From Anaeromyxobacter sp. (GTDB lineage Bacteria > Myxococcota > Myxococcia > Myxococcales > Anaeromyxobacteraceae): a stretch of 64,000 nucleotides of DNA. Below are positions 42,486 through 51,393 of the stretch, in pieces. The DNA is taken from the NCBI GenBank assembly GCA_049840735.1, contig JASGJN010000013.1, forward strand, positions 640,001-704,000, written 5' to 3'. The notes under the pieces are model-generated. The model was not told the origin of the DNA. It saw only the letters and a program-made list of their open reading frames with translations, and searched no databases. Position 1 is the first letter of the stretch; every line of letters begins with the position of its first letter. Both the position numbers and the translations under genes were made by a program.

Positions 42486-45081
42486 ATGAAGATCGTCAAG
42501 CCGCAGCGGCTCTCGCTCCTCTCCCGCACCTTCGAGCATCGGAGGACCATCCGCCTCTCGGTGGCGGCGCTGGTGCTCTTCGATCTGGAGGACCCGCGCC
42601 GCATCCTCACCGAGGCCAGCCTCTGGAAGACGCTCCCGCCCGAGCTGGGCCGCGACGCGGCCCTGGACGCGGCCATGCCCAAGGCGCGGGCCGAGTTCCT
42701 GGTCACCGGGTTCGCCTTCCCGCCAGGCGGCGCGCCCGCCATCGCATGCGCGCCGTGCGCGGCGATCGGACCGCTGGAGAAGACGCTCCGCGCCATCGGC
42801 GACCGCACCTGGGTGGACGGCGTCGCCTCCTCGCCCGTCCCCTTCACGCGCCTCCGGCTCGGCTGGGAGCATGGGTTCGGCGGGCCGAAGTTCCCCCAGA
42901 ACCCGCTCGGCAAGGGGGCCGCGCCCATGCCCGGCCCAGACGGCCAGGGGAAGGTCCACCCGCTCCCCAACCTCGAGGATCCCCGCCAGCCCATCCGCTC
43001 CCTGCGCGACCGGCCGGCGCCGGCCGGCTTCGGGCCCATCGACCTCACCTGGCCGCAGCGCGCGCGCAAGGCCGGCACCTACGATTGCCGCTGGCAGGAG
43101 ACCACCTACCCTGGCCTGCCGGACGACCTGGACTGGACGTTCTTCAACGTCGCCGCCGAGGACCAGCAGCGGGACGCCCCGTTCCAGCCGGGCGAGCCGT
43201 TCCGCCTGGAGCACCTGCACCCGGAGCGCCGCTGCATCGAGGGTCGGCTGCCTGGCGCGGTGGCGCGCTGCTTCGCCACCATCCGCACGCCGCAGGGAGA
43301 GGCGTTCCGCGAGATCCCGACCCGGCTCGACACGGTCTGGTTCTTCCCGCACCTGCTGCGCGGCGTGCTCGTCTTCCACGGCTCGACCGCGGTCGCCGAG
43401 GACGACGCCGACGACGTGCTGCACCTGGTCGCGGCGCTGGAGGAGGCTGGACGGCCCCGCCCCGCGGACCACTACCGGGAGGTGCTGGCGCTGCGGCTCG
43501 ACCGCCAGCGTGGCGCGCTGGCCATGCTGGACGAGGCGGCGCTGGTGCCGCCCTGGCCCGGCCTCGCCGAGCCGTTCGACCCCGGCGACGCGCCGGAGCC
43601 GGAGGTGGACCTGCTGGCCGAGAACCAGCGCCGCGCCGCCGATCGGGCCCTGGCGGAGCTCCGCGAGACCCTGGCCGCAGAGGGCTACGCCATCCCCGAG
43701 CCCCCGGGCCCGCCGCCGGCGGGAGGCGGCGCCGGCGCCGGCGCCGAGCGCTCGATGGCGGAGATGGTGGCGCAGGCGCAGGCGGTGCAGGCCTGGGCCG
43801 AGCAGGGGCAGGCAGAGGCCAGGGAGGAGCTGCGCGCAGCGCTGGCCGCGCAGGGGCTCGATCCCGACGCGCCGCCGCCGGGCGGCCCCCCGACCTTCAG
43901 CGCAGACGAGGAGCTGGCCGGGCTCCGGGCCGCGGCCGCGGAGGCGCCGGACGGCGCGTTCGCGCGGATGGCCTCGGGATCCGTCCACCGAGCCACGGCT
44001 GCGCGAGGCCGAGAACGCCATGCGTGAAGGGTACCGGCTCACCGCGCACCACGGCGCGCCCGCCGCCCCCCGCGACGCGGCCGCCGCCCGGGCACTCCGG
44101 GAGGCCCTGCTGGCCGGCCTCGCGGCCGGCGAGAGCATGGACGGCCGCGACCTGACCGGCGCGGACCTGGCCGGCGCTGCGCTCGCAGGCGCGAACCTGG
44201 CCGGCGCGTTCCTGGAGGGGGCGAAGCTGGCCGGGGCCGACCTCCGCGGCGCCGATCTCTCGCGGGCCGTGCTGGCCCGGGCCGACCTCTCGGGCGCGGA
44301 CCTGGGCGGCGCGCGGCTGGCCGGCGCGAACCTGGGCGGCGCCGCGCTGCGCGACGCTCGGCTGGCCGAGGCGGACCTCACGGCGGCCATCCTGAACCGG
44401 GCCGAACTCCGCGGGGCCTCGCTGGCCGGGGCCCGCGCCGAGAAGGCAGAGCTGGGCGAGGCGCGGCTGGCCGGCGCCGACCTCTCCGGCCTGCGCGCTC
44501 CCGGGATCGTCCTGCAGAAGGTCGATCTCACCGGGCTCCGGCTGTCCGGAGCCGACCTGTCGCAGGCGACGCTCATCGAGTGCCGCCTCGACCGGGCCGA
44601 CCTGTCCGGCGCGATCATGGAAGGCGCGACGCTGCTCTCCTCCCAGGCGTGCGGCGCCGACCTGCGGAAGGCCCGGCTCGCGCGCATCCGGGTGGTGGGT
44701 GAGAGCAGCCTGGCGGAGGCGGACCTGCGCGAGGCCGACCTCGACGGCGCCAACCTGCGCGGCGCGAAGCTGTCGGGGGCGCGCCTGGAGGGGGCGCGCC
44801 TGGGCGCCGCCGACCTGTCCGGCGCCGACCTGCGCGGCGCCCGGCTCGCCGGCGCCACCGCCCGCGACTCACGGTGGGTCCGGGCCGATCTGACGGGCGC
44901 CGTCGCCGACGGGGCCGATTTGATGGGGGCCATCCTCCAGAAGGCCACGCTCTCCGGCGCACGGTTCCACGGCGCGAGCCTGTACGGCGCGGACCTCTCG
45001 CGCGTGGTCGTCCAGACGCCGCTCGCGCTGGAGTCCGCGAACGTGAAGAAGGTGCGCTTTCGCCCGGTGAGGGTGCGGTGA
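42486..45081 (+). CDS. DUF2169 adaptor fused to pentapeptide repeats, TagAB-like (one apparent +1 frameshift at about 43977)
   Basis: MKIVKPQRLS, LDAAMPK, NPLGKG, PAGFGPID..WPQR..GTYD, FFNVA..DQ, LDTVWFFP, then A(D/N)LxG repeats; 864 aa reconstructed. Confidence 0.9.
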
Positions 45082-46137
45082 CCGCCGACGAGCTCCGCGC
45101 GCTGGCCCGCTCTGGCCAGCCCATCACCGCGCTCGATCTCGCCGGCAGCGACCTGCAGGGCGCCGACCTGTCCGGCGCGGTGTTCGAGCGCGTCTCGTTC
45201 CGCGGCGCCCGGCTGGAGGGGGCCACGCTGCGCGGGTCGCTCCTGGGCGAGTGCGAGCTGGGCCAGGCCGCGCTCGACGGCGCCGACCTGCGGCAGGTGG
45301 TGCTCGACCGCTGCCGGGCCGAGGGCGCCCGCCTCGGCGAGGCCCGGCTCGGCTCCGCCCGCCTGCTCCGGTGCAATCTCTCCGGCTGCGATCTCGTCCG
45401 GGGCGGAGCTCCTCCGGACCGCCTTCTCCTCCTGCCGCCTCGCCGGCGCGCGCCTCACCCGTGCTCGGGCTACCGAGAGCTCGCTCCTCGACTGTGACAC
45501 CGCGGGGATCGACCTCTCCGGCGCCCGCCTGGAGCGGGCCGTGCTGGGCGGGGCCGACCTGACCACCGCCAAGCTCGACGGGGCGACGTTCGAGCTGACC
45601 GTGCTCGCCGCGACCCGGCTCGCCGGCGCGTCGCTCGGCGGCGCCGCCTTCCCGCGCTGTCAGCTGGTGGAGGCGGACCTGACCGCCTGCGACCTCCGGG
45701 GCGCGGACCTCACCGGCGCGAACTTCAAGGGGGCCACCCTCGAGCGCGCCCGCCTCGACGAGGTGCGCGCGGAGAACGCCCTCTTCCCGGGAGCGCGGCT
45801 GGCCGGCGCCTCCCTGGTGGGCGCCAGGCTCCGCCAGGCCATCCTGGCCGACGCGGATCTCACCGGCGCCGATGCGTCGGGCGCCGACCTGCAGCAGGCC
45901 ATCCTGCAGCGCGCGCGCTGCAGCGCCGCCCGGCTTGCGGGCGCCGACCTCACCTACGCCGACCTGTCGCACGCCAATCTCACCGGGGCCGATCTGACCG
46001 GCGCGAAGGTCTTCCGCGCCCGGCTGCACCTGGCGCGGACCGCCCGCGCCCTGATCCCCGGACGCAGCCTGGCCCTGGGCGACGACGCCGAGCTGGCCGA
46101 GGCCGAGCGGTACCGGCCCTCTCTCCCCCCGAGGTGA
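45078..46137 (+). CDS. Pentapeptide-repeat protein, TagB-like (one apparent +1 frameshift at about 45395)
   Basis: Continuous pentapeptide repeats across two frames; GTGA overlap with the upstream gene; 352 aa reconstructed. Confidence 0.88.
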
Positions 46138-46140
46138 ACG

Positions 46141-46791
46141 ATGATCCACGCACTCAAGCCCTCGCTGCCCGCCGCCCCCTGCCTCGAGATCGGGACGGTG
46201 GTGAGCTGCCTGGACGGCCGCATCACCGTCGTGAACGCCCAGGGCGAGTGGCGGGCACGCCGCGCCGTGAGCTGCCTGGTGGCGCCCGAGCCCGGCGACC
46301 TGGTGCTCCTCCTCGATGGTCTGGCGGGCGAGGCCTTCGTCACGGCGGTGCTGGCCCGCGAGGCCGGGGTGCCGCTCCGGCTCGAGGCGGCCGGCGACGT
46401 GGCGTGGCACCTGCCCGAGGGGCGGTTCTCGGTCGCGGCCGGCGGCGGGCTCGACCTCGCCACCACGGCGCGCGCCAGCGTCGAGGCCGCGGAGCTGCGC
46501 CTCACCGCGGGCGAGGCGGGGTTGCAGGTGCAGCGGCTCTCCTTCCTGGGACGGATCGTCCAGGCGCAGGTCGAGTCGCTGAAGCTGGTGGCCGGTGCGC
46601 TCGACCAGACCCTGGAGCGGCTCTGGCAGCGCGTGCGCCGCTCCTACCGCTTCGTCCAGGAGGACGACCACGTGCGCGCCGGGAACCTGGACTACGCCGC
46701 CCAGGAGAGCGCCCATGTCCGCGGCAGGAACGCCCTGGTCACCGCCGACCAGCTCGTGAAGGTCGACGGCGGCCAGGTCCACATCGGCTGA
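46141..46791 (+). CDS. DUF3540 protein, TagC-like
   Basis: ARRAVSCLVAPEPGDLVL..AFVTAVLAR..SYRFV..VKVDGGQVHIG. Confidence 0.88.
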   Translation: MIHALKPSLPAAPCLEIGTVVSCLDGRITVVNAQGEWRARRAVSCLVAPEPGDLVLLLDGLAGEAFVTAVLAREAGVPLRLEAAGDVAWHLPEGRFSVAAGGGLDLATTARASVEAAELRLTAGEAGLQVQRLSFLGRIVQAQVESLKLVAGALDQTLERLWQRVRRSYRFVQEDDHVRAGNLDYAAQESAHVRGRNALVTADQLVKVDGGQVHIG

Positions 46792-46801
46792 GGGAGCCCC
46801 C

Positions 46802-47197
46802 ATGTTCGCCAACACCCAGCTTTCCGGCCTCGACGTCGGCTTCCCGGACGTCTGCCTCACGCCCGCGGCCCCCTCCCCCATCCCCATCCCCTACCCCAAC
46901 CTCGCCGCCGGCCCCATGGGCGTGCCGGCGGCCTACCACGTGCTCCTGGGGATGGCGCCCGCCCACAACCTGGGCACGGTGGTGCCCCTGACCAACGGTG
47001 ACAATGCCGGCGTGCTCACCGGCGTCGCGTCCGGCACGGTCATGGGACCGGGCCGCCACCTCACCGGCGCCTTCACGGTGCTGGTGGGCGGGATGCCGGC
47101 CACGCGCCTCACCAGCGTGGCCCTCCAGAACTCGACCAACTGCCCCGGGGTCCGGCTGGTCCCGAGCCAGGTCAAGGTACTGCTGCTCGCCCCCTGA
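46802..47197 (+). CDS. DUF4150 PAAR-like spike-tip protein, TagD-like, no toxin extension
   Basis: FPDVCLTP..PIPYPN, GDNAG..GVASGTVMG, QNSTN, PSQVKV; 131 aa. Confidence 0.92.
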   Translation: MFANTQLSGLDVGFPDVCLTPAAPSPIPIPYPNLAAGPMGVPAAYHVLLGMAPAHNLGTVVPLTNGDNAGVLTGVASGTVMGPGRHLTGAFTVLVGGMPATRLTSVALQNSTNCPGVRLVPSQVKVLLLAP

Positions 47198-47218
47198 AGC
47201 GGCGCGCCCGCGCCGCAC

Positions 47219-47256
47219 GGTCCGCCACGCGGACCCCGTGGTCCGCGCCGCGGACC
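47219..47256. promoter_or_regulatory. Tandem palindromic sites, putative enhancer-binding-protein UAS of T3SS operon 2
   Basis: GGTCCGC-CAC-GCGGACC (47219-47235) and GGTCCGC-GCC-GCGGACC (47240-47256). Confidence 0.75.
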
Positions 47257-47308
47257 GTCCTCCGCGGGCCCGCCCGTGCAAGCCCGCGGATCCAGGCGTC
47301 CCGCCCCC

Positions 47309-47324
47309 TGGCACGCGCCGTGAA
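47309..47324 (+). promoter_or_regulatory. Probable sigma54 promoter of T3SS operon 2 (deviant -12)
   Basis: TGGCACG-CGCC-GTGAA; perfect -24 box, with the same offsets to UAS and start codon as the 37650 promoter. Confidence 0.62.
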
Positions 47325-47336
47325 GTGCCGGCCAGC

Positions 47337-48305
47337 GTGCTCTTCCTCGACCTGCCCCGCCTGTCGCGCGGGTTCGCCGCCCTCGCTCCAGAGGCCCGCC
47401 GCCTGGGCGACGAGGCCGCGGCTGGCGCCGGCGCCGCGCTGGGGGCGCTGCTCGGCTGCGAGGTGGGCGTCCGCGGCCGGGCCACGCCGGGGCCGGGCGG
47501 GCCGCTGCTGGGCGCGGCACGCCTCCCGCTGGCGCTGCAGGCGGTCCCGGCCGCCGGCGCCCTGGAGGTGGAGGCGGCGCTGGTGGCAGCGGTGGCGGAC
47601 CGGCTCGCGGGCGGCGACGGGGCGGTCGCCGGCGCCACCGCGCTCACGCCGGTGGAGGGCAGCCTGCTGGAGCTGCTCGCGCTGACCGCGCTGGACGGTG
47701 CCTGCCGCGTTCCCCAGCTGGAGGCGGCGCTGGGGCCGCGCCTGGCACGCACCGGCCCTTCGCCGGCTTCGCCGCTCTGCATCGAGCTGGAGCTGGCCGC
47801 CGGTCCGCTGCGCGGCCGCGGGCGGCTGCTGCTCGAGGCGGGGGCGGTGCGGGCGCTGGCGGGCGCGCCTCCGCTGCCGGGCGGGAGCCTGGCCCTGCCG
47901 GTCTCGTATCGGCAAGGCCGGGCGGAGCTGCTGCCTGAGGAGCTGGAGGCGCTCTTCCCGGGCGACGTGGTGCTGCTCGAGGCGGAGCGCGGCGAGGTGC
48001 TGGTGCTGCCCGGCGGCGCGCGGGCCAGCGGGTTCCTGGACGAGGAGGGCTTCCACGTGGACGAGACGGGGCGCACCAGCCGGACGGCGCAGCTGCCGGT
48101 GGTGCTGGAGGTGGAGCTGGCGCGGGTGGAGCTGACGCTCTCGGAGCTCTCGGCGCTGGCGCCGGGCGGGGTGGTGCCGCTGGCGGTGGACCGCCGCGGC
48201 CGCGTGACCCTGCGGGCCGGGGAGCGGGCCGTGGCGCAGGGCGAGCTGGTCGAGATCGAGGGGGCGCTGGGCGTGCGGATCACCGCGCTGGAGGTGGGGC
48301 CGTGA
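47337..48305 (+). CDS. sctQ: T3SS cytoplasmic ring / sorting platform protein (SpoA, FliM/FliN C-terminal domains)
   Basis: LEALFPGDVVLL and LPVVLEVELARVELTLSELSALAPGGVV..GELVEIEGALGVRI. Confidence 0.85.
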   Translation: MLFLDLPRLSRGFAALAPEARRLGDEAAAGAGAALGALLGCEVGVRGRATPGPGGPLLGAARLPLALQAVPAAGALEVEAALVAAVADRLAGGDGAVAGATALTPVEGSLLELLALTALDGACRVPQLEAALGPRLARTGPSPASPLCIELELAAGPLRGRGRLLLEAGAVRALAGAPPLPGGSLALPVSYRQGRAELLPEELEALFPGDVVLLEAERGEVLVLPGGARASGFLDEEGFHVDETGRTSRTAQLPVVLEVELARVELTLSELSALAPGGVVPLAVDRRGRVTLRAGERAVAQGELVEIEGALGVRITALEVGP

Positions 48306-48667
48306 TCGCCGCCCGCCTCCACGCCGCGGGCCCCTGGGCCCGGCGCCTGCTGCCCGTCCTCGGCGGCGCGCTCGCGCTGGGGTTCCTGGCCCTGCTGGCG
48401 GCCGCGCCCGGGGGCTCCGGCGCCGCCGCCGCGCGCATCTCGCTGCTCGCCGGGGCCCTGACGGCGTTGGCGGTGCTGGCCCGGCGCCTGCGCGTCCGCG
48501 CCGGCGCGCCCGCGCCGCTCCGCGTCCTGGCCCGCGCCGCCCTCTCGCGCGAGGCGGGGGTGGCGCTGCTGGAGGTGCACGGGCGCCCGCAGCTCGTCGG
48601 GTACGGCCCGGGCGGCGTGCGGGTCCTGGGGGAGGTGCCGCCCCCGCCCGCGGAGGACGCGCCGTGA
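48302..48667 (+). CDS. FliO-like membrane protein
   Basis: TM segments, then LRVLARAALSREAGVALLEVHGRPQLVGYGPGGVRVL; immediately before the sctR/fliP homolog. Confidence 0.7.
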   Translation: MIAARLHAAGPWARRLLPVLGGALALGFLALLAAAPGGSGAAAARISLLAGALTALAVLARRLRVRAGAPAPLRVLARAALSREAGVALLEVHGRPQLVGYGPGGVRVLGEVPPPPAEDAP

Positions 48668-49338
48668 TCGCCGCCCTCCTCGTCCCGGACGCGGGGCCGG
48701 TGGCGGCGCGGCCGGCCGAGCTGCTGGTGCTCCTGGCCGCCCTGGCCGTGGTGCCGGCGGCGCTGGTGATGCTCACCTCCTTCCTCAAGATCTCGGTGGT
48801 CCTCTCCATCGCGCGGTCGGCGCTGGGCGCGCCGCAGGTGCCGCCGTCCTCGGTGGTCACCGGGCTCTCGCTGGTCCTGTCGCTCCTGGTGATGACGCCG
48901 GTGGCGGAGCAGTGCCTGGCCGCGGCCGGGCGCGAGGACGGCGCCGGCGCGGAGGCCGCGCTGGCGCGCCTGGAGCGCGCCTCCGGCCCGCTGCGCGGCT
49001 TCCTGCAGCGGTTCGCCAGCCCGGACGACCGGGCCGCCTTCGCCGAGGTGGCCACGCGCCTCAGGCCGGTCGGCGCGGCGCCGCCGGGCGAGTCCGACCT
49101 GGCGGTGCTGGCGCCGGCCTTCGTGGTCTCGGAGCTGCGCCGCGCCTTCACCATCGGCTTCCTGGTCTTCCTCCCCTTCCTGGTGGTGGACCTGGTGGTC
49201 GCGAACGTCCTGCTGGCGCTGGGGCTCACCCAGCTCTCGCCCACCTCGGTCTCGCTGCCCTTCAAGCTGCTCCTCTTCGTCGCCGTGGACGGCTGGCGCG
49301 TGCTGGCCCGGGCGCTGGCGCTCTCCTACCTGGGGTGA
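48664..49338 (+). CDS. sctR: T3SS export gate subunit SctR (FliP family)
   Basis: TSFLKISVVLSIARSALG..QVPP, PAFVVSELRRAFTIGF..PFLVVDLVVANVL..SLPFKLLLFVAVDGW. Confidence 0.93.
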   Translation: MIAALLVPDAGPVAARPAELLVLLAALAVVPAALVMLTSFLKISVVLSIARSALGAPQVPPSSVVTGLSLVLSLLVMTPVAEQCLAAAGREDGAGAEAALARLERASGPLRGFLQRFASPDDRAAFAEVATRLRPVGAAPPGESDLAVLAPAFVVSELRRAFTIGFLVFLPFLVVDLVVANVLLALGLTQLSPTSVSLPFKLLLFVAVDGWRVLARALALSYLG

Positions 49339-49340
49339 CC

Positions 49341-49607
49341 GTGGATCCGGCCCTGCTGCAGCTCGCCCGCGAGGCGCTGGTGGCCGCCTCGCTGGCCTCG
49401 GCGCCGCCGCTCGCCGCCGCGCTGGCGGTCGGGCTCCTCACCGGCGTGCTCCAGGCGGCCACCACGGTGCAGGAGCCTTCGCTGGCGGTGGTGCCGCGGC
49501 TGGCGGCGGTGCTCGGGGCGCTGCTGGTGGCCGCCCCCTGGATCGCCGCGCAGGTGGTCCGCTTCGCGGTGGCCTGCCTCGAGGCGGCCGCCTGGAGGTG
49601 GCCGTGA
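49341..49607 (+). CDS. sctS: T3SS export gate subunit SctS (FliQ family)
   Basis: 88 aa; SAPPL..VGLLTGVLQAATTVQEPSLAVVPRL..APW. Confidence 0.88.
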   Translation: MDPALLQLAREALVAASLASAPPLAAALAVGLLTGVLQAATTVQEPSLAVVPRLAAVLGALLVAAPWIAAQVVRFAVACLEAAAWRWP

Positions 49608-50368
49608 CCGCGCCGGGGCTGGAGGGCTTCTGGCCGCTGGCCGGGGCGGCCCTGCTGCACGCGCTGCGGCTGCTCCCGCTGGCGCTCACCTCGCCGCTGC
49701 TGGGCGGCCCGCTCCTGCCGCCGGCCGGCCGGCTGGGGCTGGCCTTCGGGCTGGGCGGGGTCGCGGCCTGGCTCGCCGCGCCGCCGCCCCCGGCCAGCTG
49801 GCCGGCCGCGTGCGCCACCGAGGCGGCGCTGGGGCTGGGGCTGGCGGTGCTGGCGGCCGCGCCGCTGGAGGCGGCCCGCGGCGCGGGGCGGCTGGTGGAC
49901 ACCTTCCGCGGCGCCACGCTGGCCGAGCTGCACGTGGCCCCGCTGCGCCAGCGCGAGAGCGCCGCCGGCGACCTGCTGGCGCAGCTGGTGCTGGTGCTGG
50001 CCGGGTGGGCCGGCGGGGAGCGGCTGCTGGTCGGCGGCCTGCTCGGCTCCTTCGCGACGCTGCCCGCCGGCGCGCCGTTCGCGGGCGCGGGGCTGCGCGA
50101 GGCGGTGCTGGCCTCCAGCGCCGCGCTGCTCTCCAGCGCGGTGGCGCTCTCGCTGCCGGCCGCCGCCGGCGTGCTCTGCGCCGACCTGGCCCTGGCCGGC
50201 GCCTCCCGCGTGGCCCCGCAGCTCGGCGCCGTCAACGCGGCCCAGCCGCTGCGCGCCACGCTGGGGCTCCTGGCCCTGGCCGGCGTGGCGGCCACCGCCG
50301 GAGGCCGGCTGGCGGGGCTCCTGCTGGCGCCGCTGCAGCTGCCGCTCCCGGCGGGAGGGCTGCCGTGA
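49604..50368 (+). CDS. sctT: T3SS export gate subunit SctT (FliR family)
   Basis: Hydrophobic; EAALGLGL..AGRLVDTFRG, SFATLP, LSLP..DLALA..RVAPQL. Confidence 0.85.
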   Translation: MTAPGLEGFWPLAGAALLHALRLLPLALTSPLLGGPLLPPAGRLGLAFGLGGVAAWLAAPPPPASWPAACATEAALGLGLAVLAAAPLEAARGAGRLVDTFRGATLAELHVAPLRQRESAAGDLLAQLVLVLAGWAGGERLLVGGLLGSFATLPAGAPFAGAGLREAVLASSAALLSSAVALSLPAAAGVLCADLALAGASRVAPQLGAVNAAQPLRATLGLLALAGVAATAGGRLAGLLLAPLQLPLPAGGLP

Positions 50369-51393
50369 CGTCCCGCACCGAGGAGCCCACCCCGCGCCGG
50401 CTGCGCGAGGCCCGGCGCCGCGGCCAGGTGGCCGCCAGCCGCGAGCTGACCGCGGCGGCGGCGCTGGCCGGCGGCCTGCTGGCCCTGGCCGCGACCGCGC
50501 CGTGGGTGGGCGCTGCGCTGCTGGCGCAGCTGCGCGAGGGGCTGGCCCGCGCGGTGCTGGCGCCGACGGCGCCCGGGCCGGCGCTGACCGGCGCGGCCGC
50601 GGCGGTGATGCGGCTGGTGCTGGCGCCTTGCCTGGGGGCGCTGGTGGCGGGCGCGCTGGCCGGCGCGGCGCAGTCCGGGTTCCTGTTCAGCCCCGGGGCG
50701 CTGCGGCCGCGCCTCTCGCGGCTGTCGCCCGCGGCGGGGCTGCGCCGGCTGGTGACCCCGGCCCAGCTCGCCGGGGTGGCGCTGGGGCTCCTCAAGGCGG
50801 CGCTGCTCCTGGCGGTGGCGTGGCGCTGGGCGCGCGCGGAGGCCCCCGGCGTGCTCGCGCTTGCGCGGCTCGAGCCGGACGCCGCCTGGCGCTGGCTGCC
50901 GGCGCTGGCCGGCCTCCTGGCGCGGCTGGCGGCGGCGCTGGTGGCCCTGGGGCTTTTGGACCTGCTCCTGGCGCGGCGGCGGCACCGGCGCGGGCTGCGC
51001 ATGACCAGGGACGAGGTCCGGCGGGAGCACCGGGAGGACGAGGGTGACCCGGCGCTCCGCGCCGAGCGCCGCCGGCTGGGCCGGGCGCTGGTGGAGGCCG
51101 GCCCGGTGGCGCGCGCCACCGTGCTGGTGGTGAACCCGACGCGGCTCGCGGTGGCGCTCCGGCACCGGCGCGGCGGGGACGAGGCGCCGCGGGTGGTGGC
51201 CAAGGGCGCGGGGCGCGACGCCGCCCGGCTCCGCTCGGCGGCGCGGCGCGCCGGCGTGCCCATCGTGGAGAACGTGCCGCTGGCGCGGGCGCTCCACCGG
51301 CTGGTGGAGCTGGGCGACGAGATCCCCGAGGAGCTCTACGAGGGCGCGGCCGCGGTGCTGGCCCACCTCTACGGGCGGGAGGCCTCCCCGTGA
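50365..51393 (+). CDS. sctU: T3SS substrate-switch protein SctU (FlhB family)
   Basis: RTEEPTPRRLREARRRGQVAASREL, MTRDEVRREHREDEGDP, VVNPTRLAVAL, AKG, VPIVENVPLARAL, IPEELY. Confidence 0.92.
   Translation: MTSRTEEPTPRRLREARRRGQVAASRELTAAAALAGGLLALAATAPWVGAALLAQLREGLARAVLAPTAPGPALTGAAAAVMRLVLAPCLGALVAGALAGAAQSGFLFSPGALRPRLSRLSPAAGLRRLVTPAQLAGVALGLLKAALLLAVAWRWARAEAPGVLALARLEPDAAWRWLPALAGLLARLAAALVALGLLDLLLARRRHRRGLRMTRDEVRREHREDEGDPALRAERRRLGRALVEAGPVARATVLVVNPTRLAVALRHRRGGDEAPRVVAKGAGRDAARLRSAARRAGVPIVENVPLARALHRLVELGDEIPEELYEGAAAVLAHLYGREASP

Noticed and set aside
44130..46010. 15-bp periodic DNA repeats
   Set aside because: Explained by pentapeptide-repeat coding.
39698..47197. Prophage tail remnant or mobile element
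   Set aside because: No capsid, terminase, integrase, sheath or att-like repeats; the accessory genes are T6SS-type.
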